Shown: positions 17,551-28,403, numbered from the stretch's first letter. The stretch: 64,000 bases of DNA from an uncultured cyanobacterium (GCA_963793265.1 CAWBZI010000001.1:256001-320000); one strand, 5' to 3'. Notes: generated by a model not told the origin, from the sequence alone. Program-made: numbers and translations.

Positions 17551-19953
17551 ATGGAAATTCCTAGCACTTTTATAGTTCGGCAGCCAGAGGCAGCAAAAAG
17601 TAGCGAAGATATTGACTTTCGTCGTTATTGGCAGGCTGTAAAGCGACGGTTGATTCCAGCTGCAGGGGTCAGCGCTGTTGTTTTGGCCCTGACTGCTGCC
17701 GCGATCGCCTCGCAAAAAGCCTCCTATACAGCGACTGGCAAGCTGCTGATGAAGCCCGACGAAATTCCCTCACTCACCGGGCTAGACTCTAGCGAGATGC
17801 GTGAGTTTGAACCGTTAACCATTCAAAGCAACCCGCTCAAAACAGAGATTGAAATTCTCAAATCGCAGCCGCTAATTCAAAAGGCCGTAGACCTGCTGAA
17901 CCTGAAAAACGCTGATGGCAGTGCTCCGCCAGCTAGCGCCGTGAGTTCTCAGCTAGAAGTGGACGTTTCAGGCGGCACAGACGTGCTCAAAGTGGCCTAT
18001 TCCTCAGATGACCCTGAGCTAGCTGCTGTGATGGTAAACACGCTGATGAAGCTGTATATCGCTAATAACATTGAGCTAAATCAGGCGGAAACGATTGCCG
18101 CTAGAGACTTTATCACCGATGAGCTGCCGAGTGCGGAAGATGCTGTGCAGCGGGCCGAACGTGCTCTTAGCGAGTTTAAGCAAAATAATCAGCTTGTCAC
18201 AATTGAAGATGAAGCCCGCTCAGCCGTTGAATTTGTGACCCGGCTAGATGAAAAGATTGCCTCTACACAGTCAGACTTAGCCAGCACCAATGCCCAAGTG
18301 TCAATTATTCAAAATCGCTTGGGCGTTTCAGCAGCCCAGGCAATTGACTTGAGCGCGGTTAGCCAGTCTCAGGGTGTGCAAGAGGCCTCGAGCGAGCTGC
18401 AAAGTTTAGAAACGCAGCTTACCGAAGCTCGCTCTTTCTTTAAAGACAGTAGTCCGCAGGTGATCGCCTTGCAAGAAAAGGTGAGTTCGCTGCGATCGCT
18501 TCTTAAACAGCGGGTTCAGCAGGTCGTAGGCCCGCAGGGAACGGTTGGTCAAAACCTCCAGATTGGTGAGCTAGAGCAAAGCCTGATTAACGAGTTTGTA
18601 GACTTAGAAGTTGAGCGGTTAGGACTCAATAGCCAGGTGTATGCGCTGGATTTGGCGCGGGGGTCTTACTCGCAGCGCATGAACGATTTGCCGGGGCTAG
18701 AGCGTCAGCAGAGGGTGCTAGAGCGGCGGCTAGACGCTGTGCAGGGAACTTACGAAACGCTGCTAACGAAGCTGCAAGAGCTGAAAACCACTGAGAATCA
18801 GTCTTTGGGCAATGCGCGCATTATTGAAGAAGCCAATGTGCCTAGTAGCGCGACGCTGAGTAAGAAGACGGTGGCAATGGGCTTAGGGGGCGGCACGCTG
18901 AGTTTGCTCGCGTTTGCGGCAACGGTGATGCTGTTGGAGAGCCGCGATCGCACCATAAAAACCACCGAAGAACTCAAAAAAATATACGGCTGCGATCTCT
19001 TAGAGACTATTCCTCAGACTGTTCCTAAAGGAGAGCTGATCCAAAAAAATACCAGCCGCAGCTTCGACGCTGGTCATACTGAACATTTACCCGTATCAAT
19101 AGACACGTTAGTCAGCGTGAGGGACTACCCGCGATCGCTCATCAGTGAGGTGTACCGTTCGCTACAGGTGAAGCTGCAATATTTCAATGAGATTCGCTCT
19201 TTTAAGGCGATCGCAGTCGTCAGCGCCACGCCCGAAGAAAACTGCTCAATAGTCGCGGCAAATCTAGCTATGGCAACCGCCGAGCTAAAGCAGAGGATTT
19301 TACTGATTGATGGTAACTTACGCAGCCCTAATCAGGCCGCACTCTGGCACTTATCAAGCGATATGGCCGATCCGCTATCGAATGAAATGCCGGGCCGTAA
19401 TGAGGTGGGCCTGAGCGATGTGCTACAGGGTGAAACGTCGCTACAGTCGGCTATCAGGCAGGTAAACAGCCACCTGTGGGTGCTGCCTGCTGGGCACGAG
19501 CCGCCCTCACCGCTGGCTTTGTTGCGATCGCCCAAAATGCAGGCGCTGATGCGAGCGGTAGCCCAGAACTTTGACGCCGTAATTATTGATACGCCTTCTT
19601 TACTGTCTGCGCCCGATGGCCTGGTGCTTGGCAAACTGGCCGATGGCGTGGTGGTCGTGAGCCAGCTTGGCAAAGTAGAGCGGGCAAACCTGGTGGCTGC
19701 GAGTGATTCGCTCAAGAAGTCGCATCAGAGCGTGTTGGGACTGGTGATTACTGAAACCGCTGCGAAAGATCAGACGGGCGATCGCTGGCTATACGAACCT
19801 TCGCCTGCGGGTCATCTGCCGTCACGGGTCGGATCGTCGCAAGCTGGGAGCCAGAACGGCCCAGCAGACGTTTCGGCTGAAAGCTTACAGCTCAGCTTTC
19901 CCGACGCTTCAAGCAACGGTAGACCAAACAACAGGCCAAATAACAGCGGCTAA
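17551..19953 (+). CDS. wzc: Wzc/GumC polysaccharide co-polymerase with degenerate kinase motifs
   Basis: Two TMs around a coiled-coil periplasmic domain; BY-kinase fold with SATPEENCS at the Walker A position, IDGNLRSP, IIDTP. Confidence 0.9.
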   Translation: MEIPSTFIVRQPEAAKSSEDIDFRRYWQAVKRRLIPAAGVSAVVLALTAAAIASQKASYTATGKLLMKPDEIPSLTGLDSSEMREFEPLTIQSNPLKTEIEILKSQPLIQKAVDLLNLKNADGSAPPASAVSSQLEVDVSGGTDVLKVAYSSDDPELAAVMVNTLMKLYIANNIELNQAETIAARDFITDELPSAEDAVQRAERALSEFKQNNQLVTIEDEARSAVEFVTRLDEKIASTQSDLASTNAQVSIIQNRLGVSAAQAIDLSAVSQSQGVQEASSELQSLETQLTEARSFFKDSSPQVIALQEKVSSLRSLLKQRVQQVVGPQGTVGQNLQIGELEQSLINEFVDLEVERLGLNSQVYALDLARGSYSQRMNDLPGLERQQRVLERRLDAVQGTYETLLTKLQELKTTENQSLGNARIIEEANVPSSATLSKKTVAMGLGGGTLSLLAFAATVMLLESRDRTIKTTEELKKIYGCDLLETIPQTVPKGELIQKNTSRSFDAGHTEHLPVSIDTLVSVRDYPRSLISEVYRSLQVKLQYFNEIRSFKAIAVVSATPEENCSIVAANLAMATAELKQRILLIDGNLRSPNQAALWHLSSDMADPLSNEMPGRNEVGLSDVLQGETSLQSAIRQVNSHLWVLPAGHEPPSPLALLRSPKMQALMRAVAQNFDAVIIDTPSLLSAPDGLVLGKLADGVVVVSQLGKVERANLVAASDSLKKSHQSVLGLVITETAAKDQTGDRWLYEPSPAGHLPSRVGSSQAGSQNGPADVSAESLQLSFPDASSNGRPNNRPNNSG

Positions 19954-20012
19954 AGCAGTCCTAGCAATAGCAGCTTTAAAAACCGCAACAGTAAGTAACA
20001 GGAAGAAACGCC

Positions 20013-21293
20013 ATGTCGCTGCCAAAACTATCTGAACAAATATTCGCAGTGCTCGTTCTTTTCTTTTACACAGGCGGAATCGCCCCTTTTATCGGTGCAG
20101 GACATCCCTTAGCACCGCTGCTTTTGGTGCTGCCACACGCAGCGGCTTTAGTCACGCTGCTGCTGCTCTTGTTGAACTGGCAGCAGGCCATCAAAACGCT
20201 GATTCGCACGCCGCTGCTATGGCTGTTGATGCTGGTGGTCGCCGTCTCTCCCTTTTGGTCTGATGTGCCAAACGCAACCGTAAGTGAGATACTGGCGCTG
20301 CTGCGCGTCACGTTGTTTAGCCTTTATTTAGCCACTCGCTATTCTCTCAAAGAGACTTTGCAGCTTGTAGCCTGGGCGCTAGGAATTGCCGCCGCCCTAA
20401 GCTTAGTATTCGGTGCTGTGCTGCCTAGCTATGGCGTTATGGGCCGAGGCTACATCGGGCAGTTTCAAGATTGGGCGCACGAGGGCTCGTGGCGAGGAAT
20501 TTACGTTCATAAAACAGAGCTAGGCACGTTTATGGCGCTAGCAATGCTGGTGTGCGCCTATTTGCTGAGCTGGAAAAACATGCTGAGGCCGCTGGCCTGG
20601 GTGACGTTAGCGATCGCCTCTCTGGTGCTACTCATGTCTACTACCAAAGCGGCCTTAGCCATTGTTTTCATCGTCTTTATGTGCGTCCCTCTCTATCGCT
20701 CTGTTCGCTGGCGGCCCACGCGGCTCATTCTCTTTTCGTCGGTCAGCATCTCTCTTTTAGCTGCAGCTATTCTAGGCTTTGTTGCAAACGCTCCGGCTAT
20801 TCTCGCCGCCTTTGGTCGCAACACCACGCTCAGCGGTCGAACAGAATTTTGGCCGCTGATTATAGACAATATCGGTCAAAGGCTGTGGCTCGGCTATGGC
20901 TATCACACCTTTTGGCTCAATGGCTGGGAAGGCAACGCGGCAAACGTGTGGGTGTATTTGCCACAGGGGTTCGAGCCGCCTCACGCTCACAACGGCTATC
21001 TCGATATTTTATTGGGATTGGGCGTGATTGGCTTTGCTGTATTTTTGCTTAATCTTGCAAACTATAGCTGGCAGGCGTTTCGCTGGGCGCGCGCGCATCC
21101 TAACATCGAGGGCCTAGTGCCGCTCCTGTTTCTTACTTTCATGGTGCTGGTGAATATCACTGAGAGTCTGTGGATGAATGGAGATTTTTTATGGATTTGC
21201 TTTAGCACGATGTCTTTAGCGATCGCCCAAAAGCCTCAGACGCTGCCCCACTGGGAAATTTACCCGCTACCCGAGGAGGGCGCTTATGTTTAA
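20013..21293 (+). CDS. Wzy polymerase / O-antigen ligase family membrane protein
   Basis: Multi-TM; WRGIYVHK, TLSGRT, WLGYGY, HAHNGYLD. Confidence 0.88.
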   Translation: MSLPKLSEQIFAVLVLFFYTGGIAPFIGAGHPLAPLLLVLPHAAALVTLLLLLLNWQQAIKTLIRTPLLWLLMLVVAVSPFWSDVPNATVSEILALLRVTLFSLYLATRYSLKETLQLVAWALGIAAALSLVFGAVLPSYGVMGRGYIGQFQDWAHEGSWRGIYVHKTELGTFMALAMLVCAYLLSWKNMLRPLAWVTLAIASLVLLMSTTKAALAIVFIVFMCVPLYRSVRWRPTRLILFSSVSISLLAAAILGFVANAPAILAAFGRNTTLSGRTEFWPLIIDNIGQRLWLGYGYHTFWLNGWEGNAANVWVYLPQGFEPPHAHNGYLDILLGLGVIGFAVFLLNLANYSWQAFRWARAHPNIEGLVPLLFLTFMVLVNITESLWMNGDFLWICFSTMSLAIAQKPQTLPHWEIYPLPEEGAYV

Positions 21294-22611
21294 AGGCAAA
21301 CTAAAACAGCTATTGCAGCCGCTCTCTAGCCTGTTCAAAAGACTCCTCTCAGACAAATTTATCCGCAACATGGGAGCCCTCGTTGGCGGTGAAGCCATTA
21401 GCCGAGTCTTCCGCTTAGCCCTCGTTGTTTTCATCGCCCGCCTGCTCAGCCCCTATGACTACGGTCTAGCAGCCATCATTCTCACCGTCAAAGAATTTGC
21501 CACCACCTTCACCATGCGCGGCGGCATCACCGGCAAACTCATCCAGGCCGACGAAAGCGATCTGCCTCAAATCACAAACACCGCCTACTGGCTCAACTGG
21601 ATCTTTTGCATTGCCTTATTTATACTTCAGTGCGCCCTAGCCTTTCCGATTGCCTGGTTCTACAAAGACAGCTTTTTAATCTGGCCGATTATCGTTGTTG
21701 GCACTAGCTACCTTGCCATCCCAATATATTCAGTACAAATGTCTCTAATCGAGCGAGACAACCGGCTTCAGGTCGTCGCCGCCGCTATTACCTTACAAAC
21801 CATGGGCGCGAACCTATGCACGCTGGGATTGGCCCTAGCCGGTCAGGGCGTTTGGTCATTGGTTTTACCAGGCGTGATTTTAGGCCCTATTATTCAAATA
21901 TACTGCGCCTATCGCTACCATAGCTGGCGACCTACCGGAAAATTCACCCTGGCACGCTGGCAAGAGATTATGACCTTTGGCTCAGGGGTTGTGGGCGCGC
22001 AGCTACTCGATAAGCTCAGAGCAAATTTGGACTATCTGCTGGTGGGTAGATTCTTAGGCGTTGAAGTTCTCGGACTTTATTACTTCGCATTTTCTGCCGG
22101 GCTAGGGATCAGTCTTAGTATTATTGACAAGTTTACCTGGGCACAGTTCCCGTACATTTGTGAAGCTCGAAGCAATCTCGTAGAGTTCAAACGCAGATAC
22201 TTTAAGAGTATGAAGCTGATCGCCTATATCATTGTTCCTCTGGTGGTTTTGCAGTCGGCTCTTGCGCCCTTCTACATTCCAGTTGTCTTTGGCGAGCAGT
22301 GGCGTCCCGCCATTCCGGTGATGATTCTAATTTGTCTATCGGCCATTCCTCGGCCCTTTGGCTACGCCGCAGGTCGCCTGCTGCAAGCGATTGATAGAAC
22401 AGACTTGGACGTAAAGTGGAATCTCATATTCACGGTTATCTTTGCCGGGCTGCTGCTAGCTGTGGTTAATGCAGGCATCGTGCCGGTTGCCGCGACCGTT
22501 TTGATTGTTCATGTTGTCGCTATTTCTATCTTTGTGATATGGGTCAATCAGTTTGTTTTCAAGCGATCCAATAAATCTTTTATACCCCGCTCTGAACCGC
22601 CCACGCTGTAA
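21286..22611 (+). CDS. wzx: Wzx flippase
   Basis: ARLLSPYDYG, NLDYLLVGRFLG...LGLYYFA; about 12 TMs. Confidence 0.9.
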   Translation: MFKGKLKQLLQPLSSLFKRLLSDKFIRNMGALVGGEAISRVFRLALVVFIARLLSPYDYGLAAIILTVKEFATTFTMRGGITGKLIQADESDLPQITNTAYWLNWIFCIALFILQCALAFPIAWFYKDSFLIWPIIVVGTSYLAIPIYSVQMSLIERDNRLQVVAAAITLQTMGANLCTLGLALAGQGVWSLVLPGVILGPIIQIYCAYRYHSWRPTGKFTLARWQEIMTFGSGVVGAQLLDKLRANLDYLLVGRFLGVEVLGLYYFAFSAGLGISLSIIDKFTWAQFPYICEARSNLVEFKRRYFKSMKLIAYIIVPLVVLQSALAPFYIPVVFGEQWRPAIPVMILICLSAIPRPFGYAAGRLLQAIDRTDLDVKWNLIFTVIFAGLLLAVVNAGIVPVAATVLIVHVVAISIFVIWVNQFVFKRSNKSFIPRSEPPTL

Positions 22612-22641
22612 TGTCCATCGCGATAAAACCGTGATAAAACT

Positions 22642-23532
22642 ATGAAACCGACCCTGTATTTAGTTGGCGTACCCAAAGCCGCGACTTCAGCGCTGGCAGG
22701 CTGCATGGGAGCCCATCCCCAAATCAATATTTGCAGCATTAAAGAGCCTAACTTTCACTGCACTGATTTTGCGATCGCTAAACCCAAAACAGAACAAGAG
22801 TATCTCTCCCTGTTTGATCCTGACAAGCACACAGAATATCTGCTCGACGCCTCAATTTTGAGTATGCATTCAAAAGCAGCCGCAGCCTCTATTGCCAGCT
22901 ACGCGCCGAATGCAAAAATAGTAGTAATGCTCAGAAACCCTGCTGAGGTGATGTATTCCTGGCACGGCCAAATGCTCTACACTGCGAACGAAACCATTCC
23001 AGATTTTGAGCAAGCGCTAGCTGCCGAAAGTGAGAGAAAGCAGGGGCGAATGATTCCTCAAGCAGGCACCGCCAAAGACTGCCCGCAGCTTCTGTTCTAT
23101 CGGGAGCTGACAGACTATGCCCTGCAGCTAGAACGCTACTTCAAGCTATTTCATTCAGACCAAATACACATCGCTTTCTACGAAGACTTCAAGCAAAGCC
23201 CAGAAGCTGTCTTTAGTGGAATCATTCAGTTTCTAGAGCTAGACAACACCTTCCAGCCTGACTTCAGAGTCTCCAACGACTCCACCAAAGGCCGCAAAAG
23301 CTGGAAACTACACTACTTAATAAAAAAAGCCTTTGCAGCCCCCGCTCAAGCGCTTTTACCTGCGCAGCTCCGGTTAGATCTCATTATGTTCTACAACCGA
23401 TTGAACAACCAAAAACAAGCGCGTCTACCGCTAGATCCTGATCTTAAAAAGGCGCTGATAGCAGAGGCTTCGCCAGGCATTGAGAGGCTCGGCGCGCTGC
23501 TTAATAAAGACATGAGTAGCTGGTATGTCTAA
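22642..23532 (+). CDS. PAPS-dependent sulfotransferase
   Basis: GVPKAATS (5'-PSB), KEPNF, LRNP...YS (3'-PB), FYEDF. Confidence 0.9.
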   Translation: MKPTLYLVGVPKAATSALAGCMGAHPQINICSIKEPNFHCTDFAIAKPKTEQEYLSLFDPDKHTEYLLDASILSMHSKAAAASIASYAPNAKIVVMLRNPAEVMYSWHGQMLYTANETIPDFEQALAAESERKQGRMIPQAGTAKDCPQLLFYRELTDYALQLERYFKLFHSDQIHIAFYEDFKQSPEAVFSGIIQFLELDNTFQPDFRVSNDSTKGRKSWKLHYLIKKAFAAPAQALLPAQLRLDLIMFYNRLNNQKQARLPLDPDLKKALIAEASPGIERLGALLNKDMSSWYV

Positions 23533-23604
23533 GCGATTGAACCAAAGATTTTATGCCTGTTAAAACTAGCCTAACCGTTACCCTCTCTCTTCTTTGATAA
23601 TCCT

Positions 23605-24954
23605 ATGACGACTTCTACACGCATCGACAGCAGCCTCGCCCAGCAAAACGACTCTATCCAGCGTCCTACCTCAAAGATTAAGGTGCTGCTGATTGCTGAG
23701 AGGGCTAACCCTGAGTACACCAGCATTCCCCTTACGGGCTGGTGCCACAGTCGGGCTGTAGCTGATTTGGCAGATGTTCACGTGGTCACACAGCACTGGA
23801 ACGGGCCTGCCTTTTTACGGGCAGGCTTTAGTGATTTCACCGGCATTAACACCTCGATCGTGCACGAGCCAATGAAGCTGCTGATCGCCGCATTGCGGGG
23901 TGGTAAAGGGAAAGGGTGGACAGTAGATACTGCGCTTTCAGCTTTGGAGTATTACTACTTTGAGATGATGCTGTGGCGAAAGTTTGGAAGTCGTATCAAA
24001 TCTGGCGAGTTCGATATTGTACACCGCCTGATTCCGAGCACACCTACAGCCGCTAGCCTAATTGCGAGTAAGTGCAAAAAAGCAGGCGTGCCCTTTGTGA
24101 TTGGGCCCATTACCGGCGGACTGCCCTGGCCGGAAGAATTTAGGGCAGTGAAGCGAAAAGAGAAAGAGTGGCTTTCTAATATTCGAGAGATTTATCGCTA
24201 TATGCCTGGCTACAAGTCCACTAGAGAGAATGCGGCGGCGATTATGGTGGGCTCGCAGTCGAATATGACGCAGGTAGAGCCGCGCTATCAGGACAAATGC
24301 GTTTATATTCCTAGCAATGCAATTGATATTGAACGGTTTCACCGTCAGCGACAGCCGTCTAGTCAGCTTCCGTTGAAAGCTGTTTTTATTGGCAGGCTGG
24401 TGCCCTACAAAGGGGCGGATATGCTGATTGAAGCGGCTGCGCCTTTGCTGAAGTCGGGCCAGATGACGCTGGAGATTATTGGGGACGGGCCAGAGCGAGA
24501 AGCTTTAGAAAGGCAGATTCAGGCGGCAGGATTAACGGAGGCAGTTGAGATGGTGGGGCAGCTTCCGCAAACTGAGCTGCAAGATAGGCTGGTGAAAGCG
24601 GATGTTTTCACATTTCCAAGTATCCGAGAGTTTGGCGGGGCGGTGGTGATTGAGGCAATGGCGATCGGGGTAGTGCCGGTAGTGGTGGACTACGGGGGGC
24701 CTGCTGAGATGGTGACTGAATCTACTGGGTTTAAGGTGCCGATAGGGGCGCGATCGCAGATTGTTGCAGACGTGCGGAAGGTGTTAGAGGAGCTAGTGAG
24801 AAACCCTGAGCAGATCGATCGGCTAGGAAAGAATGCTCGGCAACGGGTGCTAGATAAGTTTACTTGGGAGGTGAAGGCCGAGCAGACGGTGGAGGTGTAT
24901 CGGTGGGTGGTCGAGGAGAATTTTTCTAAGCCTGAGTATGACTATGTTAGCTAG
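23605..24954 (+). CDS. Glycosyltransferase family 4
   Basis: FIGRLVPYKG, PSIREFGGAVVIEAMA. Confidence 0.93.
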   Translation: MTTSTRIDSSLAQQNDSIQRPTSKIKVLLIAERANPEYTSIPLTGWCHSRAVADLADVHVVTQHWNGPAFLRAGFSDFTGINTSIVHEPMKLLIAALRGGKGKGWTVDTALSALEYYYFEMMLWRKFGSRIKSGEFDIVHRLIPSTPTAASLIASKCKKAGVPFVIGPITGGLPWPEEFRAVKRKEKEWLSNIREIYRYMPGYKSTRENAAAIMVGSQSNMTQVEPRYQDKCVYIPSNAIDIERFHRQRQPSSQLPLKAVFIGRLVPYKGADMLIEAAAPLLKSGQMTLEIIGDGPEREALERQIQAAGLTEAVEMVGQLPQTELQDRLVKADVFTFPSIREFGGAVVIEAMAIGVVPVVVDYGGPAEMVTESTGFKVPIGARSQIVADVRKVLEELVRNPEQIDRLGKNARQRVLDKFTWEVKAEQTVEVYRWVVEENFSKPEYDYVS

Positions 24955-25006
24955 GCTGCGCCTACAGTTCATTTTCAGTAATGTCGTTTCTCAATCTGGT
25001 TGAAAG

Positions 25007-25963
25007 ATGCCTTTAGTTTCTGTTGTTGTTCCAGCCTATAATTCCGAAAAAACAGTGGTTGAAACGGTTCAGTCTGTTTTGCAGCAAACCCTGACGGATT
25101 TTGAGCTGATTGTGATTAATGATGGCTCTACCGATGGCACCTTGGAACGGTTGAGAGCGATCGCAGATCCACGCCTACAGGTGCTCTCCTATGACAACGG
25201 TGGCCTTGCAACCGCCCGCAATCGCGGCATTGAGCGGGCAACGGGTAATTTCATCACGTTTATCGATGCCGACGACTTGTGGACGCCTGAAAAGCTAGCG
25301 CTTCAGGTCGCAGCCCTACAAAATTCGCCAGCAGCGGGTGTTGCCTATAGCTGGACGCGAGCAATGGATCATTCAGGCCAGCTATTTTACGAAGGCAGTT
25401 CGGCTAGCTACTCAGGGGATGTGTACGAGCCGCTGGTGCGATGTAATTTTATCACCAGCGGCTCGAACGTCATGATCACGCGCGCGGCCTTAACCTCAGC
25501 AGGCGTCTTTGATAGTACGCTGCGCTACTGCGAAGACTGGGACTACTACCTGCGTTTGGCGCGCGATTGGCCCTTTGTCGTGGTGCCTCAGTATCAAATT
25601 TTGTACCGACAAACAACAGGTTCACTTTCAACGAATGTGGCAAAAATGGAGGCGGCTTATGAACGGGTGTGCGACCAGGCCTTTCAAAACGTTCCAGCTC
25701 ACATCAGCGCCCTCAAACCCGAGTGCCTGGCTCACGTAAACCAGTATCTCACCCAGCTCTGTCTTAAAAGCCCAGAAAAGAAAGAAAACCTACGTCACGC
25801 TACTGCCAAACTCTGGAAAGCCACGCGCCTCTACCCTCGCATCCTTTTAGAATCAAAAACACAAAAGCTATTGATCAAGCTAGCTATTCTTTGGCTTTCG
25901 CCCACAGGCGGCCATAAGCTGCTCAAACGTATCAGCGAAGAAAGGGGGTCTGAATATGCTTAG
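25007..25963 (+). CDS. Glycosyltransferase family 2
   Basis: VSVVVPAYN, NDGSTD, ARNRG, FIDADD, EDWD. Confidence 0.95.
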   Translation: MPLVSVVVPAYNSEKTVVETVQSVLQQTLTDFELIVINDGSTDGTLERLRAIADPRLQVLSYDNGGLATARNRGIERATGNFITFIDADDLWTPEKLALQVAALQNSPAAGVAYSWTRAMDHSGQLFYEGSSASYSGDVYEPLVRCNFITSGSNVMITRAALTSAGVFDSTLRYCEDWDYYLRLARDWPFVVVPQYQILYRQTTGSLSTNVAKMEAAYERVCDQAFQNVPAHISALKPECLAHVNQYLTQLCLKSPEKKENLRHATAKLWKATRLYPRILLESKTQKLLIKLAILWLSPTGGHKLLKRISEERGSEYA

Positions 25964-26120
25964 CCTTCGCCCGCGCTTACCTCCCTAGCAGCATACTAAC
26001 ACCTTCAAAAATAAAGTCTCAAATCAGCCGCTTTATAGCTTTATATAAACGTCCAACAGCCAATTCAACAGCCAGAAAGCCCCCATCAGCTCATCTATAA
26101 TTTTCAAATGGACAAATCCA

Positions 26121-27203
26121 ATGCCCCTAGTTTCTGTTATTGTCCCAGCCTATAACGCAGCAGACACAGTTTTAGAAACCATTCAATCTGTTCTACAGCA
26201 GAGTCTTCAAGATTTGGAGCTAATTGTTGTAGACGATGGATCAACCGACAACACCTTAGCCGTCGTCAACACGGTAAGAGATTCTAGGTTAAAGCTATTT
26301 TCCTTTGAAAATGGCGGCGCTGCTGCCGCTCGTAATCGCGGTATTGAACAAGCAACCGGCGCGTTTTTATCCTTTATCGATGCCGATGACCTTTGGGTTC
26401 CTGACAAGCTCCAAAAGCAGCTTCAGGCACTACAGCAAAATCCCGCAGCAGGCGGAGCCTATAGCTGGACGCTGATTATGGACGCAGCAGGCGAATCTTT
26501 TTATCCTGGTAACTGTGAATCGTTTGCAGGCGATGTGTACGGGCAGCTATTGCTCAGCAACTTCATCGGCAGTGGCTCTAATATGCTAATTCGCAGGGAG
26601 GCTATCGAGCAAACTGGGGGCTTTGATTCGAGCTTGCGATCGCACGAAGACTGGGACTACTACCTGCGCTTATCGCGCCACTGGCCCTTTGCAGTGGTCA
26701 ACGAGCCCCAAATTCTCTATCGCAAAACAGACACTTCCCTGTGCTCAAACTTTGAGGTGATGGAAGAATATATTTTCGTACTGCATGACAAAATGTTCGC
26801 CAGCGTGCCGCCAGAACTCATGCACTTAGAACAGCACAGCCGGGCCAAAAAGTATGATTTTTTGGCCCAGATATCGCTCTCTCACATCTCTAACTGGCAA
26901 GACTGCTGGCGGGCTGTGAGAACGCTGCGTCAGGCGATCGTCCTTCATCCCGCCGCCATCGGCACGCGCAGAGTACAAATTCTCATTGTTAAAGCGCTGA
27001 TGACCCTGGTGCTTACGCCGTCATTGGCCGATCGCGCCCTATCTAAACTGCTATCGCTGCGCGCCAAACGCTATATGGCCAGTCACGTAGGCATTCTGCC
27101 AAATCGAGCCCCTGGGTTGAAGGCACATGGCGCTACAGATTCCGTCAATACAGTAGACACTATCGAATTTCGCTCAGCCACCGACTCTACCCAACGCGTC
27201 TAA
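26121..27203 (+). CDS. Glycosyltransferase family 2 (tandem paralog of previous gene)
   Basis: Same motif set: VSVIVPAYN, DDGSTD, FIDADD, EDWDYYLRL. Confidence 0.95.
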   Translation: MPLVSVIVPAYNAADTVLETIQSVLQQSLQDLELIVVDDGSTDNTLAVVNTVRDSRLKLFSFENGGAAAARNRGIEQATGAFLSFIDADDLWVPDKLQKQLQALQQNPAAGGAYSWTLIMDAAGESFYPGNCESFAGDVYGQLLLSNFIGSGSNMLIRREAIEQTGGFDSSLRSHEDWDYYLRLSRHWPFAVVNEPQILYRKTDTSLCSNFEVMEEYIFVLHDKMFASVPPELMHLEQHSRAKKYDFLAQISLSHISNWQDCWRAVRTLRQAIVLHPAAIGTRRVQILIVKALMTLVLTPSLADRALSKLLSLRAKRYMASHVGILPNRAPGLKAHGATDSVNTVDTIEFRSATDSTQRV

Positions 27204-27233
27204 CGCAGTGCGCCTAAACCAAAAAACTCAATT

Positions 27234-28292
27234 ATGTCTTATTGCTCTTTTTCGCAAAAATCCCTGTCGATAATCGCCCTCTTCACAGTTACAACAGTCG
27301 CAATAGAAGGATGGACACTACCTACCTTCAGCCAGCAGGCTCCAATCAACAGCATTCCAACTACGAGCCGTCGTAGCCTCTCCAACAGCTACATCCTCGA
27401 CAGCGGCGATCGGCTCTATCTAGAAGTCTTCGGTCTGCCTGACTACGCCGGAGAGTTTCAGGTGCTCGCAGATGGCTCTGTGCGACTGCCGCTCGTGGGC
27501 CAGGTGCCCGTTCGCGGCCTCTCTTTAGAGCAGGCCCAAATCACCGTAACGCAGGCTTACGGACGCTACATTCACCAGCCCTTTGTCGATCTTAATTTGA
27601 TCAATACCCGGTCGGTACAGATTGCGATCGCAGGTGAAGTAAACCGCCCAGGAGCCTACGCCGTTGAGCCCGACGAAAGCGGCAGCCCAATGACCGTGAC
27701 CAAAGCCATTCAGCTTGCCGGGGGCATCACGCAGCTTGCCAATATCCATCAGGTGCAGGTGCTCCGCTCTCAGGGCGTTTCTGGCGCTGCGCCCGAGTCA
27801 GCCGATGTGGATCTGTGGGCGCTAATTCAGTCGGGCGATATAAAACAGGACGTAGTGCTGCGAGACGGTGACACCGTGGTGATTCCAACGGCACAGTCGC
27901 TTAACGCGGCTGAGGCCACGAGAGTTGCCAGCGCTAACTTCTCACCTGAGAGTATTACAGTGTACGTAGTGGGTGAAGTGGAAAAGCCAGGCGCGATTGA
28001 GCTGCCGCTGAACGTGCCTTTAAATCAGGCGCTGCTGGCTTCGGGCGGCTTTACGAACAGTGCAGTTGAGGGCACCGTTGAGCTGGTTCGGCTCAATCCT
28101 AATGGCACGGTGGTTAAAGAGGCAGTGGAGGTTGATTTTGCGCAGGATGCCGAGAGTGCGGGGAATCCGGTTTTGCAAAACAACGACACGATTGTGGTGA
28201 GAGAAACAGGACTCTCTGAGTTTTCGGAGCGGGCCGGGCAGGTATTTTCGCCAGCGCTGGGGATATTGAGCCTGTTGAGGTTTTTGTTCTAA
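27234..28292 (+). CDS. wza: Polysaccharide export protein (Wza/OPX)
   Basis: YILDSGD, LADGSVRLPLVG, two SLBB modules, C-terminal amphipathic helix. Confidence 0.92.
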   Translation: MSYCSFSQKSLSIIALFTVTTVAIEGWTLPTFSQQAPINSIPTTSRRSLSNSYILDSGDRLYLEVFGLPDYAGEFQVLADGSVRLPLVGQVPVRGLSLEQAQITVTQAYGRYIHQPFVDLNLINTRSVQIAIAGEVNRPGAYAVEPDESGSPMTVTKAIQLAGGITQLANIHQVQVLRSQGVSGAAPESADVDLWALIQSGDIKQDVVLRDGDTVVIPTAQSLNAAEATRVASANFSPESITVYVVGEVEKPGAIELPLNVPLNQALLASGGFTNSAVEGTVELVRLNPNGTVVKEAVEVDFAQDAESAGNPVLQNNDTIVVRETGLSEFSERAGQVFSPALGILSLLRFLF

Positions 28293-28403
28293 CAAGTACG
28301 TGAGAGCCTCATGACTTCCTCAAGGATGTTCTCTATAGTTCTAGGAGAATACCTGGAAAGCGACTTGAAAAAGCGCCAGCGGGACTAGCGCAAAGTAGCT
28401 GAT

